From: a bacterium
GTDB lineage: Bacteria > Patescibacteriota > Minisyncoccia > Minisyncoccales > JAZDGI01
NCBI GenBank assembly: GCA_043807085.1
Contig: JAZDGI010000005.1
Span: 5,816-69,815, forward strand
Direction of reading: 5' to 3'
Length of the DNA stretch: 64,000 nucleotides
Shown in pieces: positions 52,063 to 61,969 of this stretch. Below the pieces are notes generated by a model. That model saw nothing but the letters and a program-made list of their open reading frames with translations. It searched no databases and was not told the origin of the DNA. The stretch's first letter is position 1; each line of letters starts with the position of its first letter. Position numbers and translations under genes: made by a program.

Positions 52063-53331
52063 ATGTTTAAGAAGACTACGCTGGAAAACGGGTTGAGGAT
52101 TATTACCGTGCCGCAGGAGAACACCGAGGCTGTGACGGTGCTGGTTCTAGTTGGAACGGGTTCAAAATACGAGGAAAAAGAGGTCAACGGCATTTCTCAT
52201 TTTTTGGAGCATATGTATTTTAAGGGCACCAAAAAGCAGCCGACTTATTTGGAGGTGGCGGAAACCTTAGATAAAATCGGCGGAATCTACAACGCTTTTA
52301 CCGCCGAAGATTATACCGGTTATTTTGCCAAAGTTTCAGCCGGCCATTTAGATACGGCGCTGGAATGGGTTTCTGATATTTTTTTAAATTCCATTTTGCC
52401 TAAAGCTGAAATTGAAAAAGAAAAAGGAGTTATTAAGGAAGAGCTGAATATGCATCAGGATATTCCGATGAATTATGTCCAGCTTTTGTGGGCTAGGCTT
52501 CTATACGGAGACCAGCCGGCCGGTCGAGATATTGTTGGCACGAAAGAAACGCTAAGCAAAATGACGCGAGAGAAACTCCTTAGTTATATGAAAAGCCAAT
52601 ATGTCGCAAGCAATACCATTATTTGCGTTGCCGGTAAAATGACAGCCAGTAAGACTCTGGTTAAGGTCAAAAGATATTTCGCTAAAATAACGACCGCCAA
52701 GCCAGCGCAAAAACCTCCGGTTTTTGAAAGGCAGACCGCGCCTGAAAGCTTAATTTATTTTAAGGAAACCGATCAGAGCCATCTGTGCTTAGGCGTGAGA
52801 GCGTATAATCTTTCCCATCCGTTAAGATATGCCCAAGAGCTTTTGGGCGTGATTTTGGGCGGGATGATGAGCTCTCGGCTTTTTGTGGAAGTAAGAGAAA
52901 GGCTTGGTTTGACTTATTACATTAAAACCGCCATTGAAGATAATGCCGACACAGGGTATCTGGTTACTCAGGTGGGGGTGGATAATAAACGAGTGGAGCA
53001 GACTATTTCTGTGATCCTCAAAGAATATAAAAGGGTTTCTCAAGAAAAAATTTCAGCCGCGGAATTAAAGAAAGCCAAGGATTATGTTAAGGGGAAAATG
53101 GTGCTTGAGCTGGAGCCTTCAGACACCAAAGCTTTTTTTTACGCCGGGCAGGAGCTCTTGGAAAAAAAGATTCTTCTCTCGGAGCAAGTTTTCAAGAAAA
53201 TTGATAAAGTTTCAGAAAATGATATTCTTAAAGTAGCTGGAGATATTTTCAGGCCCGAAAATTTAAACGTTGCTTTGGTCGGCCCGTTTAAGGATAAAGA
53301 TAAATTTTCCAAGCTGTTAAATGACTGGTGA
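52063..53331 (+). CDS. M16 family (pitrilysin/insulinase-like) zinc peptidase
   Basis: 422 aa. Inverted zinc motif HFLEHMYFKGT. Confidence 0.9.
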   Translation: MFKKTTLENGLRIITVPQENTEAVTVLVLVGTGSKYEEKEVNGISHFLEHMYFKGTKKQPTYLEVAETLDKIGGIYNAFTAEDYTGYFAKVSAGHLDTALEWVSDIFLNSILPKAEIEKEKGVIKEELNMHQDIPMNYVQLLWARLLYGDQPAGRDIVGTKETLSKMTREKLLSYMKSQYVASNTIICVAGKMTASKTLVKVKRYFAKITTAKPAQKPPVFERQTAPESLIYFKETDQSHLCLGVRAYNLSHPLRYAQELLGVILGGMMSSRLFVEVRERLGLTYYIKTAIEDNADTGYLVTQVGVDNKRVEQTISVILKEYKRVSQEKISAAELKKAKDYVKGKMVLELEPSDTKAFFYAGQELLEKKILLSEQVFKKIDKVSENDILKVAGDIFRPENLNVALVGPFKDKDKFSKLLNDW

Positions 53332-54370
53332 AAACGGAAAAATTCTGGATATTTCATGGGGGACGATTCTTAAAATTGCCTTTGCCGGTTTTTCTTTCTA
53401 TTTGATTTTTTTAATCAGGAACATTCTCGTTCTTATTATTTTTTCCGTTATTGTTTCTTTGCTTTTTAATCCTGCCATTGATTTCATCCAAAAGCGCAGA
53501 ATTCCGCGTCTTTTGGCGGTCATCTCTGTTTATGTGGCGATTTTCGGTTTTCTTGGCGGGGTTCTCTATTTAATCTCCTCGCCTTTCATTTCCGAAACTC
53601 AAAGATTCTCCCAGCTTTTTCCGCAATACTTTGAAAGAATGTCGCCGGTTTTAAAAGGTTTGGGCGTTGGCGCTTTTGAGAACTTTGACGTTTTTACCAA
53701 GACACTGCAAAATTGGCTTGCTAGCGCTTCTTCCAGCGTATTTTCCGCGGTTTCGGCTATTTTCGGCGGTATTTTTTCAACGATAACGATTTTCACCATT
53801 GCCTTTTTTCTTTCTCTGGAGGGAAAAGGAGTAAAAAAAATAATTGTTCTTTTTTCGCCTAAAAGATACGAGGACTATATTGCGGAGCGTTGGCTGAAAA
53901 GTCAAAACAAAGTAGTAGGCTGGTTTGCGATAAAATTTTTAACATCTGTTCTTGTGGGGTTGCTGACCTTTGCCGCCGCTAAAATTTTAGGAGCAGATTA
54001 CGCCATTTCTCTGTCGCTTCTGGCGGGCGCGTTCAATATCGTTCCGATAGTCGGCCCGATTGTTTCGGGCGTAATAATTTTTGGCTTTGTGGCTTTGACG
54101 TCTTTGGTTAAAGCGATATTTATTTTAATCGCCTTCATTCTTATCCAGCAGATCGAGGGCAATGTCGTGACCCCGATTTTAGCCAAAAGATTTGTCGGGG
54201 TTCCGCCGGTCTTGGTTTTAGTCTCTTTGCTGATCGGCGGGAAACTTTGGGGATTTTTAGGAGCTTTTTTGGCTATTCCTTTGGCCGCCGTAATTTTCGA
54301 AATTTTAAGAGATTTTTTGAAAAGAAAGAAAGGAGAGGGGATAGCGGAGATAGAAGAAGAAAGAGAATGA
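53321..54370 (+). CDS. AI-2E family transporter (PerM/UPF0118)
   Basis: 349 aa polytopic membrane protein with the family C-terminal pattern (QQIEGNVVTPIL...GAFLAIPLAAV). Confidence 0.85.
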   Translation: MTGENGKILDISWGTILKIAFAGFSFYLIFLIRNILVLIIFSVIVSLLFNPAIDFIQKRRIPRLLAVISVYVAIFGFLGGVLYLISSPFISETQRFSQLFPQYFERMSPVLKGLGVGAFENFDVFTKTLQNWLASASSSVFSAVSAIFGGIFSTITIFTIAFFLSLEGKGVKKIIVLFSPKRYEDYIAERWLKSQNKVVGWFAIKFLTSVLVGLLTFAAAKILGADYAISLSLLAGAFNIVPIVGPIVSGVIIFGFVALTSLVKAIFILIAFILIQQIEGNVVTPILAKRFVGVPPVLVLVSLLIGGKLWGFLGAFLAIPLAAVIFEILRDFLKRKKGEGIAEIEEERE

Positions 54371-55068
54371 GTATTTTATATATCGTCGCGACTCCCATCG
54401 GCAATCTTGAGGATATTACCAAAAGAGCCCTCCGCGTTTTGGCGGAGGTTGATTTGATTTTGTGCGAGGATACCAGACAAACCCAAAAATTATTAAATTT
54501 TTATAATATTAAAACTAAAACTTTAAGCTATCATCAGCACTCAAAGCTTCAAAAAATTGGCCAGATTATTCAGCTTTTGAAATTGGGCAAAAATTTGGCC
54601 TTGGTTTCGGACGCCGGCACGCCGGGAATTTCAGACCCCGGCAATCAATTAGTCGCGCAGGTTGCATCCGCGCAAATTACACAGGTGCAACCTGTGCCTG
54701 GATCTTCGGCTCTGACTGCGGCAGCCAGCGTTTCCGGTTTTCCGATGGATAAGTTTTTATTTTTGGGCTTCCCGCCAATGAAAAAGAAAAGGAAAAAATT
54801 TTTTGAAGAGATTCTAGGCTCAAAATACCCGGTGATCTTTTACGAGTCGCCGCACAGGATCATAAAAACTCTAAAGGAGCTAAGCTCCTTCGTTGAGGGG
54901 CTTAGCTCCTTAGATATAATGGTTGGACGAGAACTAACTAAAAAGTTTGAAACGATTTATAGGGGAAAAATTGGAGAGATAACGAAGACTTTAGAAAAAG
55001 AAGGTCCTCGAGGCGAATTCGCGGTTGTTGTCAATCGGAATATTGCTAATTTGCCGCTGCTTTGCTAA
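54367..55068 (+). CDS. rsmI: 16S rRNA (cytidine1402-2'-O)-methyltransferase
   Basis: The family N-terminus MSILYIVATPIGNLEDITKRALRVL starts at ATG 54367, in an ATGA overlap with the upstream stop. The track start at 54247 is rejected. Confidence 0.9.
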   Translation: MSILYIVATPIGNLEDITKRALRVLAEVDLILCEDTRQTQKLLNFYNIKTKTLSYHQHSKLQKIGQIIQLLKLGKNLALVSDAGTPGISDPGNQLVAQVASAQITQVQPVPGSSALTAAASVSGFPMDKFLFLGFPPMKKKRKKFFEEILGSKYPVIFYESPHRIIKTLKELSSFVEGLSSLDIMVGRELTKKFETIYRGKIGEITKTLEKEGPRGEFAVVVNRNIANLPLLC

Positions 55069-55097
55069 AAAAAGGAGAGCTGGTACTGTTCCACCTC

Positions 55098-55334
55098 TCA
55101 TTTGACGCCATGCTCTTTTAGATAGCGCAAAGCGTCCTCCATCGTTTGGATTTTTTCGGCGTCTTCGTCGGGTACCTCCAGCTCGAATTCTTCTTCCAGC
55201 GCCATAACCAGCTCTATCAGGTCCAGGGAATCGGCGTTGAGGTCGTCTTTGAACGAAGTAGCGGTCGTAATTTCCCCTTCCTCAACACTGAATTTTTCAG
55301 CAATGATTTTTTTGAGCCTTTCTTCTAGCTCCAT
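55098..55334 (-). CDS. acpP: Acyl carrier protein
   Basis: 78 aa with the phosphopantetheine site [20 protein letters not shown]. Confidence 0.93.
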   Translation of the reverse strand: MELEERLKKIIAEKFSVEEGEITTATSFKDDLNADSLDLIELVMALEEEFELEVPDEDAEKIQTMEDALRYLKEHGVK

Positions 55335-55374
55335 CGAGCCCTCCTTTAGAAAAAAATAACAGAATATTTATCAT

Positions 55375-56826
55375 ATGTCAACCAAGACAACCAAGAAAAA
55401 AACATTTTATATTACCACCAGCATTCCCTATGTTAACGCGCCGCCGCACATAGGTTTTGCCCAGGAACTGATCCAGGCGGATGTTTTGGCCCGCTATCAC
55501 CGCGGCTTGAGCGAAGACGTTTTCTTTCTGACCGGTACCGACGAGAACGGCTTAAAAAACGCGCTGGCGGCTGAAAAAGCAGGGAAGACTCCCCAAGAAT
55601 TTGTTGATGAAATATCAGAAAAATTTAGGCTTTTGACAAAAAGTTTGAACCTATCAAACGACGATTTTATCAGAACTAGCGACAAAAAGAGGCATTGGCC
55701 AGCCGCTCAAAAAGTTTGGTCTCTGCTAAAAGAGAGCGGGGATATTTACAAAAAGAAATACAGGGGCCTTTATTGCGTCGGCTGTGAAGCTTTTATCAAA
55801 GAAAAAGACCTTGTTAACGGACAATGTCCGGTTCATCTGAAAAAGCCAGAAGTTTTAGGGGAAGAGAATTATTTTTTCCGGCTGTCAAAATACGCAGCTT
55901 TAGTAGAAAAGGAAATCAGAGAAAATAAGATAAAAATCGTCCCGGAATCCAAAAAAAATGAAATTTTGAATTTTATAAGTCAGGGAGTTGAAGATGTCAG
56001 CTGCTCCCGCTCAAAAGAGAAGTTAAAATGGGGAGTGCCGGTTCCAGGCGACCAAAACCAGATAATTTATATCTGGCTGGAGGCGCTTTCAAATTATATT
56101 TCTGCTTTAAATTACGCTTCAAACGGAGACAAATTTAAAAAATTCTGGCCGGCCGATATTCATTGCATGGGAAAAGATATTTTCCGTTTTCACGCCTTGC
56201 TCTGGCCAGCGGTGCTTGTGTCTATTAAATTGCCTTTGCCCAAGACAATTTTTGTACGCGGATTTATGACTTCCGGCGGTCAAAAAATGTCAAAGTCATT
56301 AGGCAATGTTGTTGATCCTTTTGAACTGGTAAAGAAATATGGGACAGACGCTGTTCGCTATTTTCTTTTGCGGGAAATTCCAGCGACAGAGGATGGAGAT
56401 TTTACTATTGAAAAATTTGAACAGAGATATAATAGCGATTTGGCAAGTGGTTTAGGGAATTTAGTAGCCAGAGTAATAACGATGGCTAAAAATCCGAAAT
56501 CCGAAATCCGAAGCACGAAACAAATTCAAAATTTTAAATTCCAGACAACAATAAATAAAACTAAGAAAGATTACGAAAAATCCTTAGAAGAGTTTAGGTT
56601 TAATGAGGCGTTGATTGCGATTTGGGAGTTGATTAGTTTTTGCGACGAATATATTGAAAAAGAAAAGCCGTGGGAGGGAGGAAAAAATGATGTTATTAGC
56701 GGTTTGTTATTCGTCATTAGCCAGCTAGCAGAATTATTAGAGCCATTTTTGCCTGAAACCGCGGAAAAAATAACTAAACAGCTTAAAATCCAAAAAAGCG
56801 AACTATTATTCCCCCGTTTAAAATGA
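55375..56826 (+). CDS. metG: Methionine--tRNA ligase
   Basis: 483 aa. TSIPYVNAPPHIGF (HIGH-type), zinc knuckle CVGCEAF...CPVH, KMSKS. Confidence 0.95.
   Translation: MSTKTTKKKTFYITTSIPYVNAPPHIGFAQELIQADVLARYHRGLSEDVFFLTGTDENGLKNALAAEKAGKTPQEFVDEISEKFRLLTKSLNLSNDDFIRTSDKKRHWPAAQKVWSLLKESGDIYKKKYRGLYCVGCEAFIKEKDLVNGQCPVHLKKPEVLGEENYFFRLSKYAALVEKEIRENKIKIVPESKKNEILNFISQGVEDVSCSRSKEKLKWGVPVPGDQNQIIYIWLEALSNYISALNYASNGDKFKKFWPADIHCMGKDIFRFHALLWPAVLVSIKLPLPKTIFVRGFMTSGGQKMSKSLGNVVDPFELVKKYGTDAVRYFLLREIPATEDGDFTIEKFEQRYNSDLASGLGNLVARVITMAKNPKSEIRSTKQIQNFKFQTTINKTKKDYEKSLEEFRFNEALIAIWELISFCDEYIEKEKPWEGGKNDVISGLLFVISQLAELLEPFLPETAEKITKQLKIQKSELLFPRLK
56490..56517 (+). repeat. Heptanucleotide tandem repeat in metG (AAATCCG x3 + AAGCACG)
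   Basis: Three perfect units and one degenerate unit encode (K)NPKSEIRST. A further 7-nt-periodic tail (AAACAAA TTCAAAA TTTTAAA) follows. Confidence 0.95.
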
Positions 56827-56827
56827 A

Positions 56828-57667
56828 ATGCTGATTGATACTCACGCGCATTTGAATTTTAACGCGTTTAAAGACGATGCCGACGAGGTGATTCGTCGGT
56901 CTTTGGCTGGAGGGGCTAAAATGATAAATGTCGGCTCGCAGTATTCAACATCAAAGCGGGCGGTGGAAATAGCTGAATCCGCCAGCTGGCGAGATAAAGG
57001 TGTTTACGCGGCAATCGGCCTTCATCCTGTTCATCTGGCTGATGGAATTTTTGAGGCGAAATTAGATAAAGAAGAAATAGCTTTCCGAGCGGACAACGAA
57101 AATTTTGATTACAAAAGATATAAAGATTTAGCCGAGTCAAAAAAGGTGGTGGCCGTGGGCGAGATCGGCTTGGATTACTATTATTATCCCAAAAATAAAG
57201 CAAAGTTAAGCCAATTTATAAATAGGCAGAAAAAGGCCATCTCTGACCAAATGCATTTGGCCGAAGAATTAAATTTGCCTGTAATTTTTCATTGCCGCAG
57301 CGCTCATAATGACCTAATAAACGAGATCGGATCTCCTAAAATAACGGGCGCTATCCACTGCTTTACAGGAACGTGGGAAGACGCAAAAAGATATTTAGCA
57401 ATGGGATTTTACCTCGGCTTTAACGGCATAATTTTTAAGCTAAACTTAGACGATATAATCAAGAAAACGCCGCTGGATAGGATTTTGCTGGAAACCGATT
57501 GTCCTTATTTGGCGCCTCCGCCCGCCGTAGCTTTAGCGAAGGAGGGCCGCAACGAACCTCTTTTCATAAAATATGTCGCGCAAAAAATCGCCGAGCTAAA
57601 GGGCGAAACTTTCGAAAAGATTGCCGAAATCACCACTCAAAACGCCCAAAATCTCTTCAGAATTTAA
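56828..57667 (+). CDS. TatD family metal-dependent hydrolase
   Basis: 279 aa. IDTHAHLNF, GEIGLDYY, FHCR, ETDCPYLAP. Confidence 0.92.
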   Translation: MLIDTHAHLNFNAFKDDADEVIRRSLAGGAKMINVGSQYSTSKRAVEIAESASWRDKGVYAAIGLHPVHLADGIFEAKLDKEEIAFRADNENFDYKRYKDLAESKKVVAVGEIGLDYYYYPKNKAKLSQFINRQKKAISDQMHLAEELNLPVIFHCRSAHNDLINEIGSPKITGAIHCFTGTWEDAKRYLAMGFYLGFNGIIFKLNLDDIIKKTPLDRILLETDCPYLAPPPAVALAKEGRNEPLFIKYVAQKIAELKGETFEKIAEITTQNAQNLFRI

Positions 57668-57716
57668 TAATCCGCATATTGAAAAAGGTGCTTTTTTGTT
57701 ATAAATTGAGAGTATT

Positions 57717-60152
57717 ATGGAATCGTATAATCCGCGGAAAATTGAGGCAAAATGGCAGAAAATCTGGGAGAAAAAAGGGTTTTATAAAGCTGAAGATTTT
57801 TCCAAAAAGCCCAATCGGTACATTCTGTTTGAATTCCCTTATCCTTCCGGAGAGGGTCTTCATGTCGGCCACCCCAGAAGCTACGTTGCCTTAGACGCAA
57901 TTGCTCGCAAAAGGAGGATGGAAGGATTTAATGTTTTGTTCCCGATTGGCTGGGACGCTTTTGGTTTGCCGACGGAAAACTATGCCATTAAAACCGGCGT
58001 CCATCCGAAGGTTGCCACCGAGAAAAACATCGCCACTTTCAAAAGACAACTAGAATCTTTGGGTTTGTCTTTTGATTGGTCGAGAGAAATCAATACGACC
58101 GACCCGAAATATTATAAATGGACGCAATGGATTTTTCTGAAACTTTTTGAAAAAGGTTTAGCTTATCAAGCGGAAATACCGGTTAATTGGTGTCCCTCCT
58201 GTAAAATCGGCTTGGCCAACGAAGAAGTGGTGGACGGTCAATGCGAGCGCTGCGGCGCCGAGGTTGGAGAGAAATTATTAAAGCAATGGATGATAAAAAT
58301 CACGAAATACGCCGACAGGTTGATTGACGATTTGAAAAATGTTGATTTCCCCGAGCGGGTTAAAGCCCAGCAAATAAACTGGATAGGTAGGAGCGGTGGG
58401 GTTAACTTGAGAAATAAGATTAAGGATATGGACATTGAGTTTGAGGTCTACGACTCAATTCCTCAGACTTTTTTGGCCCAGACTTTTACCGTTATTGCCC
58501 CCGATCACCCTTTATTGCAAAAGTTGATTGAAGGTACTGAATACGAAAGACCGGCTTTGGAGTTTGCCCGCAAAATTATCAAGAAAAGAACGGAAGAAAA
58601 ATACGAAACCATCAAAGAGCTCGAAGGAATTTTCACGGGGAGATACGTTGAGAATTATATGGGTACTGGCCGAGACTTGCCAATTTGGGTGGCTAGTTAT
58701 GTTCTTTCTGAATACGGGACAGGCATAGTCAATTGTAGTGCTCACGATGAGAGGGATTTCGCTTTCGCTAAAAAATATAAAATTCCTCTCCGCGCTGTTT
58801 TATTGCCCGAAGACAAGGCATTAGCCGAAAAGGTAAAGAATTTAGAAGTCTTTTATCGGGAACCAGACGGGATTCTTCAAGAGCCCTTAGCGTTCAAAGG
58901 GATGAGATGGGCAGAAGCTAAAGAGCCGATAATTGATTATTTGATAAAAAATAATTTAGGCAGTAGGGCCGTCAATTATAAGTTGCGCGACTGGGTTTTT
59001 TCCAGACAGCATTATTGGGGAGAACCAATCCCGATTATCCATTGCGAAAAGTGCGGGATAGCGCCAGTTCCAGAAAAGGATTTGCCGGTGGAGTTGCCTT
59101 ATGTGGAAAAATACCAGCCGACAGGCACGGGCGAGTCGCCTCTGGCCGCGATTGCCGAGTGGGTCAACATCAAATGTCCCAAATGCGGCGGCCACGCAAA
59201 GAGGGAAACAGATACTATGCCTAATTGGGCCGGCTCCAATTGGTACTATTTAAGATATTTGGACCCTAAAAATGATAAAGCATTGGCGGATGCTAAAAAA
59301 ATAAAATACTGGATGCCGGTTGATTGGTATAACGGCGGCATGGAGCATACCACTCTACACCTTTTATACTCCCGTTTTATTTATAAATTCCTTTTTGATA
59401 TTGGCGTGGCACCGCAGCCCGAACCTTACCAGAAAAGAACTTCTCACGGTATGGTTTTGGCCGAGGACGGCAGGAAGATGTCAAAATCTTTTGGCAATGT
59501 CATTAACCCCGATGATATCGTAGAAAAATTCGGAGCGGATACAATGCGTCTTTATGAAATGTTTATGGGGCCATTTGATCAAGCGGTTTCCTGGAGCACA
59601 CGGGGCGTGATAGGCGTTTCAAGATTTTTGGGAAAGACCTGGAATTTAGTTTTGGAATGCCGCGGAAATAAAGAAAGCAGCCAAAAGATTTTAAGGGTTA
59701 TTAGCAAGCTTAATAAAAAAATCAACGACGATTTAGAGGTAATGAAATTCAACACTATAATTTCTTCTTTCATGGAATTTATTAATTTAGGCCAAGAACA
59801 TAAAAATGAGATAGGCAAAGAAATAATTGAAAAATTTTTAATTTTAATTTCGCCTTTTGCTCCCCATATTGCCGAAGAGTTATGGGATCAAACGGGTCAT
59901 AAAAACAGCATCTTTTTAGAAAAATGGCCGAAGTGTGATCCAAGGTTTATTAAAGACGAAATAATGACTCTGATTATCCAGATTAACGGCAAGTTTCGCG
60001 ATAAAATTGAGGTAGGCCTAGAAACCACGAAAGAGGAGGCCGAAAAATTGACTTTGGGGCGAGAAAGGGTTAAACAATGGATATCGGGCAAGGAAATAAA
60101 AAAGATAATTTTTGTCCAAAATAAACTAATTAATATCGTATGTGCGGGATAG
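57717..60152 (+). CDS. leuS: Leucine--tRNA ligase
   Basis: 811 aa. YPSGEGLHVGH (HIGH), CP1 editing domain, KMSKS. Confidence 0.97.
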   Translation: MESYNPRKIEAKWQKIWEKKGFYKAEDFSKKPNRYILFEFPYPSGEGLHVGHPRSYVALDAIARKRRMEGFNVLFPIGWDAFGLPTENYAIKTGVHPKVATEKNIATFKRQLESLGLSFDWSREINTTDPKYYKWTQWIFLKLFEKGLAYQAEIPVNWCPSCKIGLANEEVVDGQCERCGAEVGEKLLKQWMIKITKYADRLIDDLKNVDFPERVKAQQINWIGRSGGVNLRNKIKDMDIEFEVYDSIPQTFLAQTFTVIAPDHPLLQKLIEGTEYERPALEFARKIIKKRTEEKYETIKELEGIFTGRYVENYMGTGRDLPIWVASYVLSEYGTGIVNCSAHDERDFAFAKKYKIPLRAVLLPEDKALAEKVKNLEVFYREPDGILQEPLAFKGMRWAEAKEPIIDYLIKNNLGSRAVNYKLRDWVFSRQHYWGEPIPIIHCEKCGIAPVPEKDLPVELPYVEKYQPTGTGESPLAAIAEWVNIKCPKCGGHAKRETDTMPNWAGSNWYYLRYLDPKNDKALADAKKIKYWMPVDWYNGGMEHTTLHLLYSRFIYKFLFDIGVAPQPEPYQKRTSHGMVLAEDGRKMSKSFGNVINPDDIVEKFGADTMRLYEMFMGPFDQAVSWSTRGVIGVSRFLGKTWNLVLECRGNKESSQKILRVISKLNKKINDDLEVMKFNTIISSFMEFINLGQEHKNEIGKEIIEKFLILISPFAPHIAEELWDQTGHKNSIFLEKWPKCDPRFIKDEIMTLIIQINGKFRDKIEVGLETTKEEAEKLTLGRERVKQWISGKEIKKIIFVQNKLINIVCAG

Positions 60153-61969
60153 TAGGCTATATTGGCAAAAAAAACGCCGTTCCGATTCTAATGGAAGGGC
60201 TAAAAAGAGAAAGCTACCGAGGGTATGATTCCAGCGGCATTGTTGTGTTTGGAAACGGTAAGCCAGTCTGTATAAAGGCGGTTGGGAAACTGGAAAATCT
60301 TGAAGAGAAATTAAGCGATAACAGCCCGCAAGGAACTTTAGGATTGGGCCATGTCCGCTGGGCGACCCATGGCGGCGTAACCGAGGAAAACGCTCATCCG
60401 CATCACGACTGCAAAAATAATATCTGGCTGGTTCACAACGGCATTATTGAGAATTACAAAGAGCTGAAGAAAAAACTGGAAGAAAAAGGGCATAAATTTG
60501 TTTCTCAAACAGATACAGAGGTTATCGTCCATTTAGCTGAAGAATTTTTTAAAGGAAATTTGGAAGAAGCCATCAAAAAAACCACAGCTTTTTTAAGGGG
60601 CACTTATGGAATAGCCGCGATTTCCCGTGATGATCCTGACAAGATTGTTGTCGCCCGATTGAGCAGTCCTCTGGTAATCGGCTGGGGGGATAATGAGTAT
60701 ATGGTAGCCTCTGATCCGGCGGCTGTAATCGGCCATACTAGAACCATAACTTATCTATATGATAACGAAATAGCGACGATTACTTTGGCTGGCGGTCCTA
60801 AAATCTGGACGATAATAAAGGAGCCGATAGAAAAAAGAAAAGAAAATATAGGCTGGACCGTGGAGGAGGCTCAAAAAGGCGGCTATGCCCATTTTATGCT
60901 TAAAGAAATAATGGAAGAGCCCGAGGCAATTGAGAATGCGATGAGAGGCAGATTGGTGCCCGAGGATGGCCAGGTGAGATTGGGCGGGTTAAGTTCTGTT
61001 GGGGTTAAACTAAGAGAGATTGATAAGCTAATTTTAATTGCCTGCGGCACAGCAGCTCACGCCGCTAGAACTGGCGAATACATGCTGGAAGAATACGCTG
61101 GTATTCCGACTGAAGTTGATGTTGGCTCAGAATTCAGGTATCGAAAGCCCGTTTTGGATAAGCAGACGGCTGTTATTTGCATTTCTCAATCAGGCGAAAC
61201 AGCCGACACTTTAGCCGCTTTGCGGGAAATGAAGCAAAAAGGAATTTTGGCCTTGGGAGTTACCAATGTGGTCGGCTCAACTCAAGCCAGAGAAACTGAT
61301 GCCGGAGTTTATACCCGGTCAGGGCCCGAGATGGCTGTCGCATCAACCAAAGCTTTTATTGGCCAATTGACAACTTTGGCTATGTTAACAGTTTATTTAG
61401 GCCGGCAAAGGGATATGGCTTTGGTCATGGGCAAAAGAATTGTTGTCGAGCTTTCGAAGCTGCCTGAATTAGCCCGGCAAGTTTTGAAACAAGCGTCGGA
61501 AATAGAAAAAATTGCAAAAAAATATAAAGACTTCAAAAATTTTTATTTTATTGGCCGAAAGTATAATCATCCGGCAGCGCGCGAAGGCGCTCATAAATTC
61601 AAAGAAGTCACTTATCTTCACGCCGAAGGAGTCAGGGCGGGAGAACTGAAGCATTGCGAGCTGGCCCTAATTGACGAAAGTTTCCCAACTGTGGCCATTT
61701 GCCCTTCGGACTCGGTCTATGAAAAAATGATTTCCAATATCCAGGAAATAAAGGCCCGTAAGGGACCAGTTATCGCTATTGCCACTGAAGGCAACGAAGA
61801 GATTAAAAATTTGGTTGATGACGTCATTTATATCCCCAAAACCTTGGAAATGCTGACGCCGATTCTGTCAGTCATTCCCCTGCATCTCCTCGCTTATTAC
61901 GTGGCCAAAGAATTAGGTTACGACATTGATAAACCCAAAAATTTGGCCAAAAGCGTAACTGTTGAGTAA
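60140..61969 (+). CDS. glmS: Glutamine--fructose-6-phosphate aminotransferase
   Basis: 609 aa. N-terminal MCGIVGY, two SIS domains, C-terminal KSVTVE. Confidence 0.98.
   Translation: MCGIVGYIGKKNAVPILMEGLKRESYRGYDSSGIVVFGNGKPVCIKAVGKLENLEEKLSDNSPQGTLGLGHVRWATHGGVTEENAHPHHDCKNNIWLVHNGIIENYKELKKKLEEKGHKFVSQTDTEVIVHLAEEFFKGNLEEAIKKTTAFLRGTYGIAAISRDDPDKIVVARLSSPLVIGWGDNEYMVASDPAAVIGHTRTITYLYDNEIATITLAGGPKIWTIIKEPIEKRKENIGWTVEEAQKGGYAHFMLKEIMEEPEAIENAMRGRLVPEDGQVRLGGLSSVGVKLREIDKLILIACGTAAHAARTGEYMLEEYAGIPTEVDVGSEFRYRKPVLDKQTAVICISQSGETADTLAALREMKQKGILALGVTNVVGSTQARETDAGVYTRSGPEMAVASTKAFIGQLTTLAMLTVYLGRQRDMALVMGKRIVVELSKLPELARQVLKQASEIEKIAKKYKDFKNFYFIGRKYNHPAAREGAHKFKEVTYLHAEGVRAGELKHCELALIDESFPTVAICPSDSVYEKMISNIQEIKARKGPVIAIATEGNEEIKNLVDDVIYIPKTLEMLTPILSVIPLHLLAYYVAKELGYDIDKPKNLAKSVTVE

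Noticed and set aside
54658-54694. 9-bp inverted repeat (CAGGTTGCA / TGCAACCTG) inside rsmI, initially taken for another palindromic insert
   Set aside because: The RsmI segment has normal length relative to the family pattern, so there is no insertion. There is no flanking duplication. A 9-bp inverted repeat with a loop under 30 nt is expected several times by chance in 64 kb.
56980-56991. 12-nt palindrome CGCCAGCTGGCG in the TatD-family gene
   Set aside because: Six-bp-arm palindromes are expected about 15 times by chance in this window. There is no flanking direct repeat and no evidence of an inserted peptide.
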